DNA of 64,000 bases from Trichodelitschia bisporula (GCA_010356995.1 ML996699.1:589697-653696); one strand, 5' to 3'. Shown: positions 36,595 through 51,142, numbered from the stretch's first letter. A program made the numbers and translations. Notes: generated from the sequence alone by a model not told the origin.

Positions 36595-38417
36595 TTACAT
36601 GTCCATCGAGTCCCCGTTGGCGAAGTTGAAGCTCGACTGTTGTTGAGTAGTACCGAAACCGAAGGCGGTGCCACCGGCAGCCGGGTTCGGTGTAATGCTC
36701 TGCTGACCGTCCTCATCCTCGTCAGAGAAATACTTCTCGATGATGTTGTAAGCCTTCATGTAGATTTCCTCATTGGCGTTGTTCTGGCAATCGTGGATCT
36801 TCTCCATACCGCCGACTTCCTCGATGAACAGAGCGTAGCGGTTGATCGGTTCACCGCCCTCGTTGGCTTCCTTGTCCATCTCGCCAACCTTGAGGATGTT
36901 CTCAAGGCCATCGAGCGCAACCTGGATGATCTTGTTGTCGGGGCAAGCCAGCAGGTCGCAAAGAGGCTTGATGCAGCCGCACTGGACGAGGTAGCGAATC
37001 TGGTCTGGCTTTTGAAGGCCACCCGAGGTGGCGTTCGAGATGGCCCAGCAAGCCTCCTTCCGCGTCTTGAAGTCACCATTCTGGAGCAGGTGGATAAGGG
37101 GCGGAATGATGTTGGCATCAATCACAGCCTGGATTTGTGTAGAGTTGCCGGCAGTAATGTTGGAAATCGTCCAGCAGGCCTCCTTGCGGATGCCATCCTT
37201 GGTGGAGCTCAGCAACGAAAGCAGAGCTGGGAGAGCGCCGCAGTTGATGATCACTTGAGTTTGAAGGTCATCACCCGTGACGATGTTGCCGACCGACCGA
37301 AGCGCGGGAGTCTGGACGGAAGTCGACGCGTGCATCAGAAGTTCCACAAGACGGCGGGGGATCCCGGCCTCGATGACAGCCTGAATCTTGTCGTTGGAGC
37401 CATCCGAGAGATAAGAGATCGCCCAGCAGGCATCAATGAGAACCTCGTCATCAAGCGAGAACACCAACTTGGCCAGTACCGGAAGAGCTGGCGCAATCTG
37501 CCACAGATTAGGTTCAATGCAGTTCCAACGTTGGACGCCACCTACCGTCTGCCAGTCCGGCTGAGGAGTCTTGCCACGGCAGAAGTTGCTCAGCGTCCAG
37601 GTGGCATTGCGGAGCATGCTGAGCTTGCGGCTGTCACCCAGAAGGGCAAGCAGCGGGCGGAGAGCTCCCTGTTGAAGAACAAAGTCACGGCAAGTGGGGC
37701 TGTCACCAGCGATATTGCCAAGCGCCCAAACAGCCTGTTCCCTAACATCTGGCTCCGGGCTGCTGAGAAGCTCCACGAAGATGGGCACAGCCCCAGCCTC
37801 AATGACAGTCTGCGTCTGCTGAGCCGATCCGGACGCAATGTTGGTCAAGGCCCAGGCAGCCTCGAACTGGACAAGGGTGTGCGGCGACCGCAGGAACTCG
37901 ACAAACCGGCTGACAACCCCAGCTTCGATAACCTTCTCGATGGGGGGGTTTCGCTCTTTCGAAAGCAGCTTGCGGAACTTCGTGGTCGCTTGGATCTGAT
38001 CGTCAATCTGGTCGGAGAAGACGCCCTTGACCATTATCGGGAGTTCCTCGTTCAACTGCAGCAGAAGGCCTTATTAGCACATGCTTTTCAAGAGGGGACG
38101 GGTCAACCCTGTGAGGAGGCAAAACTCCCCGCAAGCGGAAGTTCGAGGGAAGAGGACATCAAGGCGAGAACTTCAAGAAGACGTACCTGAGTCTCGATGT
38201 TGGAACCGTCATCATCACTGTCAGGAGCAGCCCCAAGGGAAGCGCCATGACCATCACGACCAGAGATACCGCGCCGCTTAGCCAAGTTCTCCTCACGCTT
38301 AGCCTTGCGGATTTCGACTTGCTGCTCCTCGCGACGCCGACGGAGCTCGTCGGGCTTGAAGGCCCCCTTGGCCTTGAAGACCGTACGACGATGCTCGGGG
38401 ATGTACCGGTCAGCCAT
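36595..38417 (-). CDS. SRP1: Importin alpha (karyopherin alpha), 3 exons
   Basis: IBB domain ([26 protein letters not shown]) and ARM repeats ([14 protein letters not shown]); introns 38186-38056 and 37545-37498. Confidence 0.97.
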
Positions 38418-39200
38418 ATTGACAAATCGCAGTTCTCGGGTGCGTGAGAGAGAAGTAAGAGGGTGTGTCGAAGTGAGCGGGGTTTGAAGTTTGGAAAATA
38501 AAGGGTGGCAGTTGGTTGTGTGAGAAAGGGAGGGCGATCAAGTGGTGGCGCCAAAGGTGGTTGTGGGGTCTGCGATAGTTTCTGTGGGTCGGGGAAGTAC
38601 AATAATTACACTCACTGGCACCCGATGACTAAGCCAAGACCATCGCCTCTTCGGCTAGCGGCCTTTCGTGCGCAATACAATATCACGTGGCACTGGACTG
38701 GCTTGGCTTTGTCGGTGCCTCTTCACCATCAAATTTTCAGCCTGAAGTCTCAGGCAGAAATGACTGGCTAGCGATTGCAAGAATGCTGTTTTGCGACTTT
38801 CGTAACTCCTTCTTCCGTCTAGTTCTGTTTACCTCAACTAATCTTCAATTCCGTACACTTTGATCTTTAACCAGGGACACTGTTTACCATCAGCTTGCGT
38901 ACGCACCTGGTATTCTGCCAACTTCTCCGTGCTGAGTACATCACAACGAGATACGGCGAGAAAAAAGTACTAGTTTCTAGGCTTTCGATAGAACTGCATT
39001 CAGAAGCCTTTTACCGCATCTTACATAGTACCCTATCGGCAGATATTTTCTGATTCTCCGTTCCGAGCCTGCGCTTTTACTTGACCAGACATCGCTGCAT
39101 CCAGCCTGGTAGCCTAGCGTAACCTGATTGGGCGATCGTTGGCGTCTGCGTGCTCACGTGATGCCAGCTCCCATCGAGAAACGCGAGCATTGGAGACAAC

Positions 39201-41182
39201 ATGGCAAAAACATTCACGAAGATGGCTGCCCCACTCCCGCCTGGGTACACCGACCTCAAGGTGGCCGAGCAATCCAATGGAAAGGAGATCAATATAATTG
39301 GGATTGTGGTCGATGTTCGCCCTCCGGCGCGAACCAGAGGAGATGGTCTGTCTCTGTATGTACCGGTGTACATTTCCACTAACGGACATATCAGACCATC
39401 AAATGACATTGTCACTTCAGGATCCGGCGCGTATGGAAACTGGCCAAGCGGTCGGCTTTACATGCAAAATGTTTGGGCAGGTGAAAGACTTCCCCACCCA
39501 GGCCACCATTGGAGACATCCTCATGCTCAGAAGAGTCAAAAACATGCCTTTTCGCGGGGAACCAACACTCCTGAATAACCGTAACTCCGAATTCCTGCTC
39601 TTTCTTAAATCTTACATGCCCAAAGTTCCGTTTGAAATTGCCTACCAGGTCCATAAGCAGATTCAGCATATTGCCCGGTCGGGCCGTCCGAAGGTCATTC
39701 TCAAGCCTGCGGAACAGGCTTACATCATTCATCTTCATAGATGGTCTGTCCAGAACATGAACATGCCGGTAGTGGAAGTGGGCCGCCCTACCAACATTGC
39801 TGAACCGCTTGGGAAGCCGAGGGACAAATTTTCTCTCGTCAAAGACATCCGGGACGGCACTTTCGTTGATCTTCTTTGCGAGGTGCGGAAAATTTATAAT
39901 GGTTCTAATGCATTGGAATTATATGCCACGGACTACACAAGCAACAATCATCTGTACGACTATCGACCCCTGGGCGAAGAGGGCCCCGATAGCCGTGAAG
40001 GAGACCAGTTCGGGTACACCCGCACTAAAACCCCCAGTGTTTGGCCTGGGCCCTACGGCAAGTTCGCTATTCAGGTCACCCTGTGGTCGCCGCATATGCA
40101 ATGGGCTGCCGAGCATGTCAAGGTTGGGGACATCATCTCGCTGAGGAATGTCCACATCAGATACAAGGACAGCAAACTCGAAGGATCCATGCACACTGAC
40201 AAGCAACACTCTGAGCAAGTCGACGTACGCAAACCGATGAAGGACCAGCGATATTATGACCTCCTAGACCGCCGGTCGAAGCACGTCGAAGAAGTGGCGG
40301 CTCAGGCTGAGTCAAATGCCCAGAACCAAGGCAAAAAGAGTCGGAGAAAGAAGAAAAAGAATAAGCAAGATCAGGCGGAGGCAGCCTCAAAGCAAAACAC
40401 TCGGGCTAACACACCTCTGCAACCCGCGGCACAGACAACTTCCGCTGCTGAGCCCGTTGCATCAAAGAACGAAACGGGTGGGTATTCTTGACCAGGTACC
40501 AGATGGCATGTGCTGATGATGACAGTTGTATGCTCTCACCCAGATCAGGACCTTGTGCGGATTTCCGACATCCTGAATGACCAGTCACTGCAGTGGAAGG
40601 ACCGTTCCGGAGATGAATTGACACTGCCTTTCATCAATCGAAAGTTCAAGACATCAGTTCGAGCTGTGGATTTCTTCCCTCCAGCGCTTGAGGATTTCTG
40701 CCAATCCACTCAGGACCTAAGATACAACGATTTCCAACCCACTACGGATGACGACACTGGAGATGATTCTTTTCAATCTCTGCCGGAATGGGAATGGGCA
40801 TTCTACCTCCTAGTCGAAGATGCCAAGCCGGTTCCAGGTCAAACCCCCGAGCGGATGAGACTTCTCGTCGCGGACAGGGACGCAGAGGGGCTGCTCGGCT
40901 TGGATGCCACTGAGTGAGTACTCCTAATGTGGCTTCCGTAGCATACTAATTACTTGCAGTCTACGTAAGAGCCCGGAGACCTTGGCACAACTCAAGGAGA
41001 AGCTCTTCTGCCTCTGGGGTGAACTCGAAGAGAAGAAGGCTGAGCCCGACTTTTCACCCGGCACGCCCATCTCCAACCGTCCTTTTGAATGCTTGGTGTA
41101 TGAATATGGTGCTCATACTCCTGGCAAAGGCGTTAATGATTGGACTCGCGTTCATCGGATGTGGGGTGTGACGATCCGCTAG
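39201..41182 (+). CDS. POT1: Telomere ssDNA-binding protein Pot1, 4 exons
   Basis: Introns 39346-39394, 40478-40525 and 40914-40959. OB-fold motifs INIIGIVVD, GDILMLRRVK, LYATDYTSN, WPGPYGK, VRAVDFFPPALEDF and EKLFCLWGELEE. Confidence 0.9.
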
Positions 41183-44100
41183 TTGGTTTTACGATTCTGA
41201 TCAAAACGGGCGTTTGGCTTGAAAAGACAGCTTATGCTCCTGGGCTTTTGCTCTTGAGCCTGCCAAAGGGGTTTATGGCGTTAGGAGAGTGGGAGTATCG
41301 TCCGCTTGTGGTTCAGATGTCCATTAGTATTCAACGGTGCAGGTGGGGTTATGGCGGTTGCCAAGCATTACTTCATGTATTGATTTTCGTCGCCTCGCTT
41401 TTGAAGCGATCCTGTGAGAACTATACGGATTTCATAATGTACCCGGTTGCGTTTCGTTATGATATGATCAAAGGAGAGGCCGTCTAGTCTGTGAGCTGTG
41501 CGAGATTCTGAGTGAAGATTCTGAAGTCCTGATATCCCAGTTCTAAGGGGCTAAAGTGGCGGATCTGAGAGGATAAGGCAGACTTCCCTACCTCGGGCCG
41601 CGTTCGATCTGCTATGTAGGCTCCTCGACCATGTAGGAAAGGAGCACTATGGCTGATAAAGCAGATTCAGAGACATCGCCAGTCTGTCTCCGTAGGCACA
41701 CACCATACACAATCAACCTCACACATATATCTAGCCCCCAAGTGCTGATACACTGATGTAGACATTTGGAAGGAACATTCTTACCTGGGAAGCAATTGAG
41801 GACAACTCCAGAAAAAAAACACTAGGTGAGCGTGGAAAGAGCATAAGTTGCATTATATCTGGATATGACCAGTCCCGCCGCCCACCTTGTTTCATTCTTT
41901 GTCTTTCTACACACTTTCACACCGCACTCGTTGTCCTTCCACACGGGCCGTGAGCATGCTCCTATTATACGGTACACGGCAATAGCGCAGTCTCCAAATC
42001 CTTCCTCGCAAAGCTCAGCTTCCCGTCCATCAATCTCAAACTGCCTCGACCCATCCGCCGCAAGGTCCACCGCAGCGAAGAACTCATCCTCTCCCTTCTG
42101 GAAACCATATAAGCGTCAGAGGCTCGGCCCCCGACTAACTAGTCTTCCTCATCCGCCATCGGAGCCACGGGTAGGGCTGCACCTGCGAGTGTACCCGTAC
42201 CCCCCTCAAGGGAACAAGTGAGGATGGTATGCGGAATGATAAGAATTTGATGTCTAGGATAGGGATTGCGCCTTGAGATGGATAGGCCTCAATGCTGGGT
42301 TATCAATCCTACGTTCGCTTCCCGAAGATCTGACCGGCACTTTCATTGTACTTTTGACTAAAACGCCTGTGGGGTTTGCGCAGACCGGAACGTTCTATTG
42401 CAATATCAAACCAGCAGCCAGAGCTTTCATGCGGTACACACTGCACTGGCGAAAGCGGTCTCGTCCGTGCTAATGGTAAGCATGGCCAAGACTTCCCATA
42501 TGTACGGCCTTAGAGAAAGCCCCGCAATATCCGGCATGGAGAAATACATGGATCCAAGGATGCTCGAATCCTTCGCCCAAAACTACCAAAGTAAGATCCA
42601 ATACGAGATGACGGATGACATAGGCGAGACATGGACAGTCGGCCTTCCTTCGACACCGTCAACCCGACGATCCAAGGAACATGTGGTTGCAAAACAGAAT
42701 CTTCGACCTAGCTTGCCGAACCAAGCCTGCTAAAGGATCCTCCCGGGCACCTCCGGAGTTGCGGCCCCGTGCCATGCCAACAGCCAGTCAGCTATGATCA
42801 ACTGGAGGCATCAGAGCCTGAAGGATCGCCTGACCCCCATCCCGTCCAGTGCGGTACCGGTAGATATCAGTGACGTGATGTTGTCTCTCACCCAGCGACC
42901 TGCAACTGAACAACCCCAACCGCGGCGTCACCGTCCAATATCAAAACCAATAACCCGCTCGCAAATCTCGCCTACCTCGCATACCAGACCCCATAACCCA
43001 TAATTCACAAAGGGGGACAAGCCATGCTTACCCCATCTCTCCAAACCAGAGCCCAGAAAAAGCCCGTCACCTCAGACCGTCGCCCCAGAACCGCGAAATC
43101 GGTAATGCTTCGCATATATTCCTATCTGAGCCAGCGACGCGGGTGCGGTAGGTGCGAGGAGGATGTGGCTGGACGATGGGCCGGCGGCGGGAAGCTACCG
43201 GCACTGGCGCGCCAACGGCCGACAGGAGACACGGGCGGGAGCGCGCAAGGCTTCCCGCCGCGGAGCGCGCGGCGCGAGATACGAACGTCGCCATAACAAA
43301 CGGCAACGCGATAATCGATAGGTTACGTGGGGTACGTCGGCCATTCGTCCGCGCCGCTCAGCATGCCATTACGAAGCGCAAATATGAGCTGCCCGTTCGG
43401 GGACTTGGGCGTCCGCTTCCTGAGAACAAGGTGCCCTGGAGGGAGACGGGGGGTGCCTGGGGGCGGCGCCCTTCCGACTCGCGGGCGACGCTGGAAACGA
43501 AGATTTGACGCGAGGCTGTGGACTACGTGGGCACCTTCGACATGGACTCCGAGTGTGGGCGTGTGTGCGCGAGTGAGGGGATGTAAAACAGGTGAGTGGG
43601 ACCGGGGACCCTCGGCGGGCATGTGAGTCGCGTCGCGGTGAAAAGAGCCTGTTCTCTCAGCGCGAAGAACAACGTCCGGAAGGGCTGCATCGCAATACTC
43701 CCTCGACGACGTTACATTAAAAGTCCCCGGTTTCCCGCTTCGTGGCCCCACGTCCGTCGCCCTGCATCCTGGGGCCTTATCTGGGTCTCCGGGCGTGGGG
43801 AAAAAGAAACGTGGGTAGCCGCGCGGCGGGCGCGCGGCTGTGGAGGTGCGGGGCCCAAGAGGGAAGCTGCCTTCAGGAGAGGGCTTGCTTTCACGCGATA
43901 TTGGACCGAGGAGAAGGACCGTCTAAGCGCGTTGTGAGTGGATGAGACGACGACGGGCGTGATGCGGGGAGACAGGCGGCCCCCAGCCACCCCGCAACGC
44001 CTTGACATGAGGTCGCGATGGTTTTATGCAGGAAAGGGGTCAAGGAAACATGACGGGCCGGAGGTACGGCTGCATATGGTTATAGAAAGCGCTTCCCTCG

Positions 44101-45524
44101 GGCCGATAGAGCTTGTTGATCGCCAGCGGCGGGGGACGGCGGGCTTGAGGCGTTCGACTCCCATGTGGGCAGCAGTCATGTTCCAACGTCCTGTGGCGGT
44201 TCTTCCCGCTGCATCTGAAACACTTTGCGTGTTGAAGTAACCATTTGTGCAGCGCTTCCAGTCAGGTTGTGCAGTGCAGAGACGCAGGAGGGGTCAGGAC
44301 AGAAAGCAGAGTGCATATTCTGCAGATGGTCAGAGCCAAAGGGGAGAAGCGGCGAGGGGATGGTGCATGATTCCCGATGTTTTGGAAAAAGCCCGACGCC
44401 ATGCGGCCAGGCTCTCGCGTTGTCACGTCGGTCTTTGGTATACCGCAGGTCGGCCAGCGGTATATACATACCGGTAAAGAGTGAGGCATAGAAGGTAGGA
44501 CGTTGGACTTGTCAGATGGAACGCGGTTGCGATCGGCTCTTCGAGTTGAATTTGCCAATTGATAGTTGCAAGTGCGTGCCAGCCTCCTCCCCGCCTCCCC
44601 CGCCATTCGCATGAGGTAGATATCGTTGTACCCCGCGTGCCCGCAGATCACAACTTTTCAACCTCCCCGTGACGATCAACCGATTAACGTTTCCGAAAGG
44701 GAGCTGTCCATCAGCTGCTCTTCAATGTTCCAATGTGCCGACTTTATCTCAGCTAATCATTTGGGACAACATATATCAAGGTCTGAACATTGGAAAGAGG
44801 CGGCTGGATGAAGGAATCAGCCCATTCCTACTGCAGGACGTACCACTTATGTTATCGTCCGCGCATCTCAACATGATAGAATGAGAATGGGAACGACAGG
44901 AATGGAGGGAGGGAGGAGACAAGCAGTCGACTTGCTATTGGCCATATGGGACGTCGACCGCCGGAATGGGCCATAATTGATACGGGTAGCGTTCTCGTTG
45001 AGAGGAGATGAAGATGTTCGGTGGACAATATGAAGATGAGCCAACTGATGTAGGAATACAGCAAGGCATCAGAGGGAGTGTGAGAGCTACATGCGGCCAG
45101 ACATAAGCCTTTTGTCTCTCATGTCCCTCTCTTTGAGTGTGTACAAATTCTCACTCACGTGTAGGATTGTTGGAACAAAACCTCCTTACCTAAGGATTTG
45201 AACCAGCTGGATTACGGCGAAGTGCGCGTATGTTTATGTACCTTGTTGCCTGGCTCTTGGGAAATATACTACAACAGTTGGCAGCACAAAAGGTGGCGCC
45301 TCGTAAAGACGAAGAACTACGGAGCAGAAGTGCTTGGTGTAGCACGTCCAAGTACTAGTTCTACGAAGTAATTCTAGCCAAAAGCCTGCGAAAAAGCCCG
45401 ACGCCCGAGGTCAAAAATGTCAAAGAAAGATATGACTTGGCATTTTCCATCCCTTCCAAAGAGAAGGAGAAGTAGCTGCAGGAGAAGCAGAAGAAGAAGC
45501 GCCTTTGGTCAGACCCGTTTTCGC

Positions 45525-45550
45525 GCTCTCTCTCTCTCCCTCTCTCTCTC
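45525..45550. repeat. (CT)n microsatellite upstream of the Cdc25 gene
   Basis: Run of ct dinucleotides with one interruption. Confidence 0.8.
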
Positions 45551-46481
45551 ACTTGACGCTCAGCCTCAAGCTCCATGCGTCTCTTTCCATATTGTGTGCC
45601 TTTGTCTGCATTCTCAGTGCTTCCTATCAGCTCTTTTTCGCCTTGAAGGGCTTCCCGCATTAACGAGGTAGAAGCTGCCCTTTGAACCCACCCCTTCTCT
45701 CGGCCTTCTCACCCCTTCAACCCACCACCTCCCATACCACCGACTCCCCCCCCCCTCCTTCCTCCCTCCACCGACTCCCCCCCCTCCCTCCTCCCTCCAC
45801 CCACCGCAGCGACCCCCCCCAGCTCCTCCATTTCATTCACCATTGTTATTCGTCGCTTTTGCCAACTTTCGAGGCGCCTAGCACTAGCCATTCACGACAA
45901 GGAAATACACCTTCCTTAATATACTTTGTGCAAGGAACTTCCTCCATCTTCATTACCCTTTGCCTCGAACTGCCTTCGCCGCATACTCCACACATCGCCA
46001 TCGGTCAACTTCACGCATTATTCCACTCCGAAAGCCACCCTACCGGCCAACCCCCTCCCCCCCCAATCCATCCCCCCCATCCCTCCTCTTCTACGCACCC
46101 GCACCACTCAGCACCACCCCCGCCGCTCACCTTAGCACGCACACGCAACCCCTCCCTCGACATCCATGAAGAGGCCTTTCTAGGCCCTTCCCTGCGAAGC
46201 GAATGTTCACATCCCCACCCTCGTGCCGCCTTGCTTGAAAGCTACCTCGCTCAGTCGATTCGAACGCCGATAACCCCCTCGCACACCATCAATGCGTTGC
46301 TGATCCACCTGAAAGAAGCTGACCGAGCTATCGTCTCAACACGACATCCCGACTCATACTAGACAACATCATCCATCTCCGTGCGGCGGCACACCAGACA
46401 AGCCGACGCCTCCGCATTTGCGCTCTCGACTGCCGCTGAGCAGCTCGCGCGCCACCTTGTGGGCGAGGGATCTCGAAGCAC

Positions 46482-49400
46482 ATGCATCTCGCCGTCGAGG
46501 CACCTTATCAATCATCATCTACGCAACCTGCGCTGAAAGTCATCCTCAACATGAACGGATACGCAGGAACCGCCGCACCACCGGGCGGCATGTATGTGCG
46601 CGCACTTTATGATTACGAGGCCGACGACCGCACGAGTCTGAGTTTTCGACAGGGTGAAATCATCCAGGTCATCACACAGCTGGAAAGCGGCTGGTGGGAC
46701 GGATATCTCAATGGTGTGCGTGGCTGGTTTCCCAGCAATTATTGCACACTCGTAAGCGGACCGAACGAGAACGGCGATGAGGACCACCATTTAAACGGCG
46801 AAGCCGACGACGCAGATGTGGAAGACGACCCGAACGACGAGTATGATGATCTCGATTACGAAGAGGCGGATTCAGTGGGAAACCCAAGAGAAGATCTGTC
46901 GCGGATACCAGGGGATGGCATGGAGGAGCGCGACCAGGAGGAAGCGGCATTCTGGATCCCACAGGCGACGCCCGACGGACGGTTATACTACTTCAACACG
47001 CTGACGGGCTCGAGCACAATGGAGTTGCCACTCGAAACTCCACTGTCGACGAATGAAAACGGCCCTCGCGATCGCACCCACATCTTCATTCCGGAGCACA
47101 CACGGCCGCCACCAGAGCTGATGGCGGGCGGATACGAGATGCGTGACGACGATACGGAGTACGACAATTCTGCGTCGGAGGCTGAAGGCCGTTCCGCCGT
47201 GGATGAGACGGGCTCGTTGGTAAGTGTAGCACGAAAAGCGCATGCGTGTCCCTTGGCACTGTGTTAATGTCCCGCAGAAGTTCAAGCGACGTTCTTATCC
47301 CTCCGACGGCGTGTCACCTGCAACCTCAATGGATTCCATAAAGGACGCCTCTCGCTCACGTCCCGGCTATGGCGACCCGATAGATCCAAGCCTCACTATG
47401 GTAGCGCAGTCTGCGCTGCCTCCGAATGGCACTACGATGACCTCATACGTGAACGACCCTCTTGGGCCTCAGCCAGCTCCCGGCATTGGGCGACAATACT
47501 TTGACGATGCGGGTGCCGTTCCTTTGACATGGAATCGGCTCATCGAGGACATGCGCAAGGCGGTGGAGCGGTTCCGCCAGGCGATCGACAACGCCGATCG
47601 CGCCGAATTTGTCAAGAGGGCCGAGGACATCTCAGATCATCTCCGCCTCATTTTGGGCGCCGGTTCCGGCACGACGGACAACCACTCCGGTAGCCCTTCG
47701 ATCATCAGTTCCAACAAGGCCCTCTACCCGCATTTCCGGGAAACCATGTCAAGGTTCTCGAAGCTTGTTTTGTCTGCGCACATCGCCGCTGCAGACTTTC
47801 CCCCGCCCGATTCTTATGCCAAATGCCTAAAGGAAGCGAACGGCGTACTCAACGGAGTCTATGGATTCGTCGAAGTTGCTCGCGAGCAACGCGGGGAAGA
47901 GATTCCCAGATTGACCCCGGGATTCGTGCCGAACGGTAACCGAAGCGGTGGCAACTGGAGGAACAATGGCTTAATATCGGCGGAAAGCTCACTCACAGAG
48001 AAGGGGGAGATGGAGCCGTTTGCCGAATCTGGCACTCCGTTGGATCTCAAACTGTTCGACCGGCTCACCGAGCTAAGATCCATGATCGACACGTGCATAC
48101 GTAGACTGGATGAGCAACTCGTTTTGCAAGACAAGGCCGTTACACCTTTGCGGCATCGCATCATCGGCGACACAATATGTAAGTCCGCAGGACGGGTGAT
48201 TGACGCCTACCGACCCTACATATCCACTGTGGAATCAGTCAACCTCACGCCCATGGCAAACAGCCCTGCCATCCTGGATTTTAATCTGCAGAAACAGAGA
48301 ATCTATGACCTGATATCGGAACTGGTTCTAGTAGCGCAGGCTGTAGCCTCTCCACTCGCGGATGAGTGGGCCGAGAACCGGGGATTCTCGCTGGAAGACC
48401 GTATGAAGCATGTTGCCGAGGTGCTCAAGGATCTCCGCATCACGACTTCGCAGATCATCAGCATCCTACAGCGGCTTGCCGACAGTGTTATTGTTGTTGA
48501 AGAGCCCAGACCCAAGGAGCGCGAAGAGAATAGGAAGATCGATAGTGGGGTGTCGTATCAGTCTCGCATACGTTCTGCGTCCAACCGTAGCATGGCTTCT
48601 AGCGGCATGGACATTGCTCTCGACGGCCCAGGCCCATACCGGCCAGGCGGGAGTGCAAAGGTGGAGAAGTTTTTCGGCGAAGTCCCTGCACCTCTGGTTT
48701 CTCAACCCGTTGCTGAGGAGGCACCTGCGTTCCTACGGCTCGACTTTGAGAGCGAGATCACGTACGATACTAAAGTCAGCCCGCCACAGCTCAAAGGAGG
48801 AACGCTTACGGCGCTCGTGGAGCAGCTGACGAGGCACGACCGTCTGGATTCGCCGTTCAACAACACTTTCCTTCTCACTTACCGGTCGTTTACTACAGCA
48901 AATGAGCTGTTCGAGATGCTGGTAAATCGATGGGGCATTCAACCTCCGGAAGGCCTGTCTGCCGAGGACTACCAGACCTGGGTGGACAAGAAGCAGAAGC
49001 CCATCCAGTTTCGTGTGGTCAACATTCTGAAGAGTTGGTTTGACAACTACTGGATGGAAGGCAACGATGAGGAGGCCCGGGCATTGATGATGCGCGTTCT
49101 CCTATTTGCCAAAGACTTTGTGGCGACTACAAATACACCTGGAGCTGCCCCGCTCATCACAACCATTGAATCCCGCCTGAAGGGACAAGATACGGCCATC
49201 AAACGCCTTGTCCTAACGATGAACCAGACCACGCCATCGCCCATTCTACCCAGAAACATGCGGAAGCTCAAATTCCTGGATATTGACGTCACCGAGTTTG
49301 CGCGCCAGTTGACCATCATTGAGTCACGACTATACGGCAAAATCAAGCCCACTGAGTGCCTGAACAAGACGTGGCAGAAGAAACTTTTGCCTGGCGAAGC

Positions 49401-50263
49401 AGACCCAGCCGCAAACATCAAGTCTCTCATTTTTCACTCCAACCAGCTGACCAACTGGGTGGCCCAGATCATTCTCAACCAGACAGAAGTGAAGCGCAGA
49501 GTGGCTGTTATAAAGCACTTCGTGAGCGTGGCTGACGTAGGTTACATCCCTGCTCGCCGATGCAACTGCTAATGTATGCCAGAAATGCCGTGGCCTCAAT
49601 AACTTCTCTACTCTTACGTCCATTATATCAGCTCTCGGGACGGCGCCTATCCACCGATTGTCGCGAACTTGGCACCAGGTTAACGGAAAAACCAAGGAGA
49701 CACTGGAGTCCATGCGCGCTCTGATGGCCAGCACCAAAAACTTTGCTGTATACCGCGACACGCTGCACAAGGCAAACCCTCCTTGCACGCCGTTCTTGGG
49801 TATATAACATCCCTTTTCGTATATTATACTTGACTAACAGGTTCAGGGGTCTATCTCACTGACCTGACCTTCATCGAAGACGGCATTCCTTCTGTCATCA
49901 AGAAGTCCAACCTCATCAACTTTGCCAAGCGGGCTAAAACAGCCGAGGTCATCCGGGATATTCAGCAGTACCAAAACGTGCCCTACCCTCTGCAGCCAGT
50001 TCCTGAGCTGCAGGAATTCATCATGGCCAGCGTCAAGCAAGCCGGAGACGTCCACGAGATGTACGAACAAAGCTTAGCGGTGGAGCCGCGCGAGCGTGAA
50101 GATGAAAAAATAGCAAGGTACGGCAATCACTGAACCCCAGCGGGTGCGGTTTGATTTCCAGTCCGAAGTTCATGCTAGCATGAGGTGGTGGGTGCTTTAA
50201 CTTGGTTCTTTGAACTGACTTTCGGCCTCCGCTAGACTGTTATCAGAATCCGGATTCCTATAA
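46482..50263 (+). CDS. CDC25: Ras guanine-nucleotide exchange factor Cdc25-like (SH3, WW, REM, RasGEF), 5 exons
   Basis: SH3 (YVRALYDY...GWWDG...GWFPSNY), WW-like (FWIPQATPDGRLYYFNT), REM (KGGTLTALVEQLT...FLLTYRSF) and GEF (EFARQLT, NPPCTPFLGVYLTDLTFIEDG). Introns 47220-47277, 49537-49582, 49800-49846 and 50118-50235. The start could instead be ATG 46551. Confidence 0.93.
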
Positions 50264-51142
50264 TGATACCCACGAAAACCAAGAAGGTCGGTGGTCACGA
50301 ATGCACCGGCACGAGCCCCAGGCGACTGCAACTCTCATGTTTGCTGCAGACTTCGTCTTTGGGGTGGAGATTAACGCGGAGTTTGGCGCGGGGAGATTTC
50401 GCTGCGTGTGTGGGTTTGCTGTTGTGGGGTTTGTTGCTGCATGCCATGTATGGAGGCTTTGTGATGGCGCGAGATGTTTTCATATATTCGGTCATATACG
50501 ACTGCGTATCTGCACAATGTGAGGTTTGGGGTTTGCTGGTGTTTCTTGTGGCGGATAGCTGACAGCGGAGGGCGTCTGTAGGGGCCGGGGCAGATATTCT
50601 CCGGGGGCTATGTTGATAGCAATGACCGGACGCTGTCCCATGCTGGCCCTTTTTGGGGAAAAAAGGAATTTGTGCTCTTTAGGGCACGATAGATGCTTCT
50701 GGCGTGGTGTGAGGTCCATTACACGGGCTTGGGGGCCAGTGCCTAGTATCAAAAGTACTCAACACCACACTCACTAGGATCCTGATTGCAATCTAACGAT
50801 CGCCTCATCCGCATCTTCTGCAATCTCCCAGCCGCAACGACCTTCCTCCACATACCGTGGGCACTTGCGATTTGCTGGTAAACTAATTCGAGAAATCAGG
50901 TAAAAACTATTCGGCAGCTGCAATCCCCTCGCTCTCCTCACTTGGCTAAGCTGTCTTGGTCGCGCTCTCTAATGACGTCCCTTCCCTCACTCGCAGCTCC
51001 CTCAGACCCACGTGTGAACAGAGATGTTTACGCTCGTGCCTCTCTTTGCCAGCTCTAAGCACAACTTTCGCACGACAACTTCTTTTGCACCCGGTGCTGA
51101 TCATCGCAGTAACACATATCCCGCGATCCATCAGTCGCCATC

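Noticed and set aside
37498..37545. Stop-free introns with lengths divisible by three (importin alpha 48 nt; also RPL22 30289-30336 and aprataxin 59883-59927)
   Set aside because: With over 30 short introns in the window several are expected by chance. They matter only because the ORF track reads through them.
36640..38190. 516-aa antisense ORF over importin alpha
   Set aside because: Same codon-bias shadow; no independent evidence for a protein.
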